Assembly: GCA_040905465.1 (NCBI GenBank)
Contig: JBBDRK010000032.1
Coordinates: 12,236 to 43,196, forward strand
DNA: 30,961 nt
Reading direction: 5' to 3'
From: Trueperaceae bacterium
Lineage (GTDB): Bacteria > Deinococcota > Deinococci > Deinococcales > Trueperaceae
In this document: positions 26,201-30,961 of the stretch, in pieces
How the letters are laid out: each line of letters opens with the position of its first letter
Numbering within the stretch: position 1 is the stretch's first letter
The notes under the pieces: model-generated
What the model saw: only the letters and a program-made list of their open reading frames with translations
The model's database searches: none
What the model was told of the DNA's origin: nothing
Made by a program: the position numbers and the translations under genes

Positions 26201-26478
26201 TGGATTTCCGGATCGTGCAACTGCTCGCCCGAACTTTGCCGCCACAGCTCCGCCAGAATATCGAAGAGGACCCTCTTGTCAGACAGCCTGCCCTTATCGC
26301 GATAGATGATATTGCGGACCACGTTGGGATTGGCGTTTCGTAGTTCCATCTGCTTGCGCAACCAGTTGATGCTGCCCTTTATGCCGTGCTCGTCGCGTTG
26401 CTTCCCCGCCGCATCCCTTACCGCGTGCAAGAGCCGACGCCAGGGGCTGGTTTTTCCCGACTGCTGTTGCATGGCCAT
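23272..26478 (-). CDS. Large STAND-like protein: N-terminal HTH-like region, P-loop NTPase, TPR-like C-terminus
   Basis: Walker A LLVTGRPGSGKT; TPR-like helices (e.g. VAFQKGDVLSMMGRFDAAMEELDHA); start at ATG 26478, 7 nt after TAAAAT. Confidence 0.8.
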   Translation of the reverse strand: MAMQQQSGKTSPWRRLLHAVRDAAGKQRDEHGIKGSINWLRKQMELRNANPNVVRNIIYRDKGRLSDKRVLFDILAELWRQSSGEQLHDPEIQALVVDSGGAEAEILRPLGREKRQAFRTFVSGVRAGGRPKLLVTGRPGSGKTLLIDYAQEALEAPPRASARIVRLEFVPGHVSAGLVRLGSALGLPQAAIEGKLAKISPSGAFAVQADAQSEVARLILDEARLRQEDLVLLAHLSRSSGGVEHLGGAPLRLNTLEVPRVAAPEWLWFSLFEPLSRLPHVCMLVSITELPTAILTDRGGFEEPVRLKPPTAHEARRFVRARLPQLQAAQQEELVRRAGRSYEDLRTLILLTEARDGLPKGEPDSPRGKDVNLVRLASLVHDATQQRLADFLTALATLTLPPYHAFSQVALRAVREFDDEPSSLELAFLDPAPSTADSWRAFSRQFTRLLQEELRERRPEQHRHLNLRASEFYRIEAELNPRSDSAGRYVQHLFEAREWRSLSGWMERCGIQQPLIGPLWAAAQAELRNGPVFERIALRVANHYVRLGSYEHPGAIQALAALSSSQEQGLRAWALVQRAEGAVLRGKVDRAEALLAKWPPVTDELRETERALVQGSIARWRGALDEAADLVEKVARPRLPAVRGRGREGRLVVVKAGVWAGMIAKDRGDLELALREFTSVPTGDELIEARVAFQKGDVLSMMGRFDAAMEELDHAVELARLNQAPSAEQARYLTRRARLLRMRGELDLSLADLSAARETVGSARDIRQGPERAFHLSLCDEEYALTTLAQGAFEQAIIMLDRVLCIFADYGRRCGIDTGYRSLRATQRLAHAYLARSLSQPYLTPYARTVERVDEPVDLAHARSLLASVQPHLAAQQDGRLRWSLRRQAYLLGALLAHEAVDAAAQARFALTDSRVPYHDAEGFAHLASATLRSNGLNDLEKAFEFAQQGLKALAQLCSGLERSDLRLKSWLIALQIQAALRSGLDAQAGRLLANSLADLSLEALHEPLLRIFANEVEGSSRFEALRVPALMEALTCTEGPRESRLRLPDQLVARWRSVHERRADTAA

Positions 26479-26529
26479 TGGCCCGATTTTACGCGACCAC
26501 GAGCTCGAGCACATAGTCGTGCACGGGAA

Positions 26530-26553
26530 GGGGCCCGAGTTTCCTCGGGCCCC
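26530..26553 (-). terminator. Terminator-like hairpin after comZ
   Basis: GGGGCCCGAG-GAAA-CTCGGGCCCC, a 10-bp stem with a GNRA loop and a weak U tract. Confidence 0.75.
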
Positions 26554-26571
26554 GCTAACGTTGCAGCGCCG

Positions 26572-28497
26572 TCAGCGGCGGCTGAACGCCACGTTGGAGA
26601 CCGCGAACGAGGTTCCTCCGGCCCCCGGGAGCAGGTCGGAGAGCCTCTCGGCCAGGTTGGGGACGTATAGCACGGTGGGGACTTGCGAACCGGCGTGGAA
26701 TGCGCGTGAGACGATCGAGCCAACGACCAGCGTCTGCTTTGTCATGTACACGTATCCTTCGGCGAACAAGGCCACCGTGAAACGTTGCTGGGCGCCGGCG
26801 CTAAAGACGTTTCGGTCCGCAACCAGCGCCAATACCGAGGTGGCAGGATAGCTGTTCTTCCTGGTGGATGATTTCACCCGGTAAGGGTTGGAACTGGCGT
26901 TTTCGATCTCGGCGCCGCCGCCCTCGTCGCTCACCGCCGCGTTTCCGTCCGCCGGCACGAAGTCGAACTCGAGTTCGTGGCTGCCGCCGCTCCCGCCGTT
27001 CTTGCCGTCAGCATCCTCGGTGAAGAATATGCCGTTTCCGCGGTAGCCTATCTCCCGGCCGCTCGACGCCGGTCCGGTGAACAGGAGGTTATTGCCCCTG
27101 AACACGACGACTCCCTTGGTTCCGCCCACGTACATCTCGTTGTTGGCGCCATCCCATATCGCTTCGACCAGGGTCTCGTCGGTACCGTAGGCGTTCTTGC
27201 GCTTCTTGGCGCATTTGAAGCTGGGGGTCGGGGGGCTCGAAGAGTGGCCCCATTTGATGACGAAGCCCTCGGCCTTGTAAGAGCTCTTGCCGTTGTCCTT
27301 GAAAACCTCCATGGTATCTCCGGCCTGATTAACGCCGAACAGGCCGCCGCTATTGAGCTCATGGTCGTCGAAGCACCCCGGGGTCAAGTAGAGCTGCTCG
27401 TGCGCGGCGTTCTCTTCGGTTACCCCCTGGTATTCCGGCCGGTTGCGGTCGTCGTACGCCAAATCACTCTTGGAGAGCCGGAGTGCGTTCTCGTTGCTCA
27501 TCCCATCTCGCCACGATGCGTTCGTCTCCGGGTTGATATTGTCGAGGTAGGGGAACTTGAACGAATCACCCGCATCGTAGGCCGCCGTCATGCCGTTCTC
27601 CGAGAAGACGTTCGAGTCCAGCGTCCCTCCCTGAATGCCGTCGTTGGTGAACACGCCGCGCAGCGGATCCATGAAAGGTTCAGGGTTTTCGTCCTCCGGA
27701 AATCCGATCTGTCCCGAGCCGCCCAGCTGCACGTAGCCCCGTTTGACGCGCAGGGTCGCGCACAGATCGGTGGGATCCTTGGTCGTGAGGCGCATCGGGT
27801 TGTCGCTCCCGGTGGGGTCGATGCTGGCATTGAGATTGCGGTAGGTGTTGCCGAGCGCGAAGGAGCCGCTCAGATCGAGCGCCTTCTCGGTGCTGGTGAG
27901 GCCCTCGCCGAGCACGTGCACCGAACCGCGGATTTCGGCGCGCCCCTGGATGACGGCGCTGGCGGCGCTGTTCCCGGCGAACACGGCGTTGTTCCACATG
28001 TCGATGGCGGAGATCCGGAATTCGTCGACCATCCGGCCGCGCGCTCCGTTGACGGTCGCCTGCGAGTCGAGGACGATAGCCGAACCGCGCGTGTAGAACT
28101 TGACTCGGGCCTTGCCGGTGACGCCTCCGACCGGGATCGCGATCTCCGGCAGCCACTCGTTTTGCGACACATCGGGTGATCCGTCGCGGTCGGTGTCAAC
28201 GCCGATCGCCAGGAAGTTGCCGCAGGCGATCTGGTTGTCCGGGTTGTTTTCGTTGTAAGCGTCGATATCGTCGGCGTAGTCGTCGAAGTTGTCGATCATG
28301 TACATGTAGAGGCTCACCAGTTCGGCGCGCCAGTAGGCACTGCCCGCCTGCGCTACGGCCAGCGCCTGGCTGGCGGTGGCGTCGTTGCGGCTTAGCCGCA
28401 AGTTGGTGACCGAAAGAATGAGTGAGCCGGCGGTGAGGATGCCTACCACCGACACGACCATCAGCATCGTTACGAGCGCGAATCCCTTGTTTGACAC
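26572..28497 (-). CDS. comZ: ComZ-like competence pilus tip protein (PilX-type N-terminus, beta-solenoid)
   Basis: Prepilin site KG|FALVT lacking Glu5; RNDAT..QAL..AQAG, GVDTDRDG, NAVFAG...GRAEIRG, DLCATLRV.RG.V..GGS.QIG and FPYLD recall Thermus ComZ; last gene after three minor pilins. Confidence 0.85.
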   Translation of the reverse strand: MSNKGFALVTMLMVVSVVGILTAGSLILSVTNLRLSRNDATASQALAVAQAGSAYWRAELVSLYMYMIDNFDDYADDIDAYNENNPDNQIACGNFLAIGVDTDRDGSPDVSQNEWLPEIAIPVGGVTGKARVKFYTRGSAIVLDSQATVNGARGRMVDEFRISAIDMWNNAVFAGNSAASAVIQGRAEIRGSVHVLGEGLTSTEKALDLSGSFALGNTYRNLNASIDPTGSDNPMRLTTKDPTDLCATLRVKRGYVQLGGSGQIGFPEDENPEPFMDPLRGVFTNDGIQGGTLDSNVFSENGMTAAYDAGDSFKFPYLDNINPETNASWRDGMSNENALRLSKSDLAYDDRNRPEYQGVTEENAAHEQLYLTPGCFDDHELNSGGLFGVNQAGDTMEVFKDNGKSSYKAEGFVIKWGHSSSPPTPSFKCAKKRKNAYGTDETLVEAIWDGANNEMYVGGTKGVVVFRGNNLLFTGPASSGREIGYRGNGIFFTEDADGKNGGSGGSHELEFDFVPADGNAAVSDEGGGAEIENASSNPYRVKSSTRKNSYPATSVLALVADRNVFSAGAQQRFTVALFAEGYVYMTKQTLVVGSIVSRAFHAGSQVPTVLYVPNLAERLSDLLPGAGGTSFAVSNVAFSRR

Positions 28498-28499
28498 CG

Positions 28500-29258
28500 C
28501 TACCTCCCGAGGTTGGGAGCGACCACGGTCTGCTCCGCGTAGTGATAGACGAAACCCGGCTCGGTCGTGTAGGTGCTGCCGTCCGAGAAGGTGTAAGTGC
28601 CCTTCTTATCTTGGTAGCCGGGGACCCTGGAGCTGGAGCGGGCAAGTATCTCCAGGTCGACCGAGCGCACCAGCCGCTCGGCGGTCGGCTGATTCTTCCA
28701 GGTGACCAGGCAGTTCTCGACGGGACTTCCCACCGGTTCGGTTCCGGCCGGACAGGAGCTTGTGTTCGGATCGGGAGAGACGAACTGGTTGCTGCGGGTC
28801 ACATAGGCTGCGTTGAGAGCCACCACGGTCGCTACCGTCGGCTGTTCACTCGGCGGCGTGGCATTGGTGTCCGGATACTGAGCGCGCTTGAGCGAGCGCG
28901 GTTCGTCTCCGAGGCTATAGCTGATCCGTTGGCTGGCGGGGGTGGCCAGCGATTCATCGAGGTAGCGGATAACGAAGCCGTCGGCGTTGCCGTTTTCGAT
29001 CGCCCGCAGCCCGAGCATGTCGGCCGGGTCATCGGTAACGGTTACCCGGTAGCCGGCGTTCTGGATATCCCAGGAGAGAAGCGAGAGCGCGATGCGAGCT
29101 GAATCGGTGGCCTCGTTGGTGGCCTTCTGAAATGAGCTGGCCCGTCCTTGCAGGCCCATGAACTGGGCGATCATGCCGAACAACATCAAGGTGATGGCGC
29201 TGGCGATCATGATCTCGATCAAGCTGAAGCCGTTTCTGCGAGTGCCGGAGCGAGTCAT
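28500..29258 (-). CDS. Type IV minor pilin, PilW-like (Thermus PilA3-type)
   Basis: RNG|FSLIEIMIA prepilin cleavage site, DIQNAGY motif and C-terminal PNL; ATG 29258 overlaps the upstream stop (ATGA). Confidence 0.9.
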   Translation of the reverse strand: MTRSGTRRNGFSLIEIMIASAITLMLFGMIAQFMGLQGRASSFQKATNEATDSARIALSLLSWDIQNAGYRVTVTDDPADMLGLRAIENGNADGFVIRYLDESLATPASQRISYSLGDEPRSLKRAQYPDTNATPPSEQPTVATVVALNAAYVTRSNQFVSPDPNTSSCPAGTEPVGSPVENCLVTWKNQPTAERLVRSVDLEILARSSSRVPGYQDKKGTYTFSDGSTYTTEPGFVYHYAEQTVVAPNLGR

Positions 29259-29755
29259 TGTCTCAACGACTCCTTCGGGCAGGGGACGTCTGTGGTGGCG
29301 AACTCGCCCGGGTCCCCGCAGGACAGGTAGCTGGTGATCGCGTAATCCTTCCCGCCGCCCTTGCCCTGCCAGCGGACGGTTATCTTCGCCTCGACCAGCG
29401 CCGGCTTGCTCATCTGCGGGAGACCCTGTGGCCGGTTGCTGAGGACCCACTCCAAGGTGAATCCGGGGTGTTCGGCCGATGCCTCGCTGCCTTCGCACTT
29501 GGGGTAGCCGGCCAGGGAGGTGTCTTTGTCCTCCGGGTCGATGGTCGGACATAGGTTGAAAGGCTGGAAACCGTAGCCGCGGAAGACCTCCATCTGGCGC
29601 ATGGCTATGTCCTTGGCAAAAGCCGCCTCCTGGGAGGAGCGGGTGACCTGAAAGCCGGTTACCTGTGACAGGGCAAGAGCGGTGAACGCGATCCCGGTGA
29701 ACACCAGTGCCACCATCACCTCGATCAGGGTGAGGCCTTGATCGGAGCGTCTCAT
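29255..29755 (-). CDS. Type IV minor pilin, PilV-like (Thermus PilA2-type)
   Basis: QG|LTLIEVMVAL prepilin site; four Cys; GAGGAGG RBS. Confidence 0.9.
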   Translation of the reverse strand: MRRSDQGLTLIEVMVALVFTGIAFTALALSQVTGFQVTRSSQEAAFAKDIAMRQMEVFRGYGFQPFNLCPTIDPEDKDTSLAGYPKCEGSEASAEHPGFTLEWVLSNRPQGLPQMSKPALVEAKITVRWQGKGGGKDYAITSYLSCGDPGEFATTDVPCPKESLRQ

Positions 29756-29761
29756 CTTGAC

Positions 29762-29806
29762 CTCCTCATGCCGATCTCCTCATGCCGATCTCCTATTGCG
29801 ATCTCG
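29762..29806. repeat. 14-bp tandem repeat containing Shine-Dalgarno copies
   Basis: CTCCTCATGCCGAT twice (29762-29789) plus degenerate CTCCTATTGCGAT (29790-29802); the minus strand reads ATCGGCATGAGGAG. Confidence 0.8.
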
Positions 29807-30385
29807 TTATTCACGGGTCACCTGCACCCGTCCTTGGGGCTCGAGGGTAACGACGTAGCCTTTCCCGCCGTCGGTCGGACGCAGGATTATCTCTCCGGTC
29901 GCGGCAAAGTACGCGCCGGTCGACGCGCGGGGAAGCCCGCGAACGTCGAACCACACCCGGGGCGAAGATCCGAAGTCGGCCGACACCACCGTCATGCGCC
30001 CGAACTCCTTGGAAAGCGTACGGTCGAGCATTTTGGCAGGGTCGAGTTCGAGGCCGTTATCGGGATCGCCGTCGAGGTCCCCGTCGGGAATGGCGCTCCG
30101 GCTCGGATCGGCATAGATGCAGTAGCCGGTGCAGGCGGCGTTGTCGAAGTCGAAGGCGACGTTGGTGTTCAGCCGGATCCCCTCGGTGCGGGCCCGGTTC
30201 AGGTCGGCGGCCAGCACCCGCGCTGCTTCACGTGCCTGCAGGCTGCCGCGCGGCATGGCGATGAATCCGATGCCCGCCATTACCCCTATGATGGCTATTC
30301 CGATCAGCAGTTCAATCAGGCTGAAGCCGTGCTGGGGCGAGCCGCTGGCGGCGCGAGGTTGGGCTGTGGTATCGGTTAGCGGCAA
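29807..30385 (-). CDS. Type IV minor pilin, FimT/GspH-like (Thermus PilA1-type)
   Basis: HG|FSLIELLI prepilin site; AARVLAADLNRARTEGIR, FDVRG and C-terminal QGRV; start at TTG 30385 after a GAGGTG RBS (GTG 30394 is an alternative). Confidence 0.9.
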   Translation of the reverse strand: MPLTDTTAQPRAASGSPQHGFSLIELLIGIAIIGVMAGIGFIAMPRGSLQAREAARVLAADLNRARTEGIRLNTNVAFDFDNAACTGYCIYADPSRSAIPDGDLDGDPDNGLELDPAKMLDRTLSKEFGRMTVVSADFGSSPRVWFDVRGLPRASTGAYFAATGEIILRPTDGGKGYVVTLEPQGRVQVTRE

Positions 30386-30465
30386 GTCGTTCACCTCTGC
30401 AATCGCACCGGTCTGTCGTGGGCGTCCCTGCTCACGGTCTGGCGAAGAGACGCCCCTGCCCGCTG

Positions 30466-30497
30466 ACGCCCTTTGGGGCGCGTGCCCTAAAGGGCGT
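30466..30497. other. 14-bp near-perfect inverted repeat in the pilin-operon leader
   Basis: ACGCCCTTTGGGGC / GCCCTAAAGGGCGT with one non-Watson-Crick pair; neighbouring GGGCGTC/GACGCCC arms at 30420-30455. Confidence 0.55.
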
Positions 30498-30752
30498 GGG
30501 AGGCAGGCCAGGTAATTGTGTTGTAGCAGCAGCGAGGGCTGGTCCGCCTCCCCAAAGCGGGGGAGAACTCTTCCCTGTGGCGAATCTCTCAGGACCGGTC
30601 CGGACACTCGCGTCTCCGCTCTTTCGGTTGCGCTGGCTCTGTCAGCAATCGTCGGATGCCACAAGCGGCTCGCCCCTGCCGAGCCCGCGCACCGATTGTC
30701 GGCGTCCGCTCTGGACACGTGATTTCCGGCGGCCGATGCTATGCTCGACGGC

Positions 30753-30961
30753 ATGGAAGTTCTTGCCAGGGCCGTTGCCGGAGAGCGCCTGACGGCCGAT
30801 GAGGCTCTCACGCTGTACCGTGCCCCGCTGTTCGAGTTGGCGGCGGCGGCTGACGCCCCGCGGCGCATCCGCACCGTCCCCGATGAGGTCTCCTACCTCA
30901 TCGACCGCAACATCAACTACTCCAACGTCTGTACCATCGGCTGTTCCTTCTGCGGTTTCTA
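30753..30961 (+). CDS. mqnC: Radical SAM cyclic dehypoxanthinyl futalosine synthase (5' part, runs off the window)
   Basis: MEVLARAVAGERLTADEA...SYLIDRNINYSNVCTIGCSFCGF with CxxxCxxC; missing from the ORF track because it is truncated; MqnE/CofH paralogs not fully excluded. Confidence 0.8.
   Translation, partial: MEVLARAVAGERLTADEALTLYRAPLFELAAAADAPRRIRTVPDEVSYLIDRNINYSNVCTIGCSFCGF

Noticed and set aside
23272-26478. Avs-type antiphage STAND defence system
   Set aside because: No nuclease, TIR, SIR2 or protease effector is recognisable, there is no defence-island context, and Walker B looks degenerate. It is kept only as a STAND-like regulator candidate.
30590-30660. c-di-GMP-I or c-di-GMP-II riboswitch in the competence leader (minus strand GCGCAACCGAAAGAGCGGAGACGC)
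   Set aside because: The resemblance is only fragmentary: P2 pairs poorly, and there is no tetraloop receptor, GGAA/kink-turn or pseudoknot partner.
30555-30660. Glycine or c-di-AMP riboswitch on the plus strand (GCGGGGGAGA...GAATCTCTCAGG...GTCAGC)
   Set aside because: Core elements such as GCCGAAG (glycine) and the paired ydaO helices are missing, and mqnC appears to be leaderless.
1-30961. tRNA, rRNA, transposase, integrase or prophage genes
   Set aside because: No cloverleaf, rRNA-like segment, DDE or tyrosine-recombinase motif, or phage gene was recognised by eye.

Overview
GC-rich bacterial chromosomal window, most likely Deinococcota (inferred from a Thermus-type pilA1-pilA2-pilA3-comZ competence locus, many leaderless TANNNT promoters, a c-di-GMP-II riboswitch and futalosine-pathway mqnC). 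The left half is mostly housekeeping and envelope genes: mutS2, HAD phosphatase, LOG, ankyrin-M23 peptidase, MATE, chromate transporter, ggt, FKBP PPIase, GlsB/YeaQ, mreB, CsaB-like transferase and an FAD oxidoreductase. It also holds an Hsp20 remnant and a 42-aa membrane protein that the ORF track misses. The most notable segment is 15401-21324 on the minus strand: an atypical chaperone-usher-like fimbrial system (usher-like beta-rich protein, PapD-like chaperone, two paralogous pilin-like subunits). The subunit genes have their own candidate promoter and a well-formed c-di-GMP-II riboswitch, and are followed by a candidate ~70-nt hairpin sRNA with its own promoter. The right part holds a methyltransferase, a beta-hydroxyacid dehydrogenase, a ~1068-aa HTH-like/P-loop/TPR STAND-like protein, the competence minor-pilin operon and the start of mqnC. 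All calls come from reading the sequence by eye; no searches were run.
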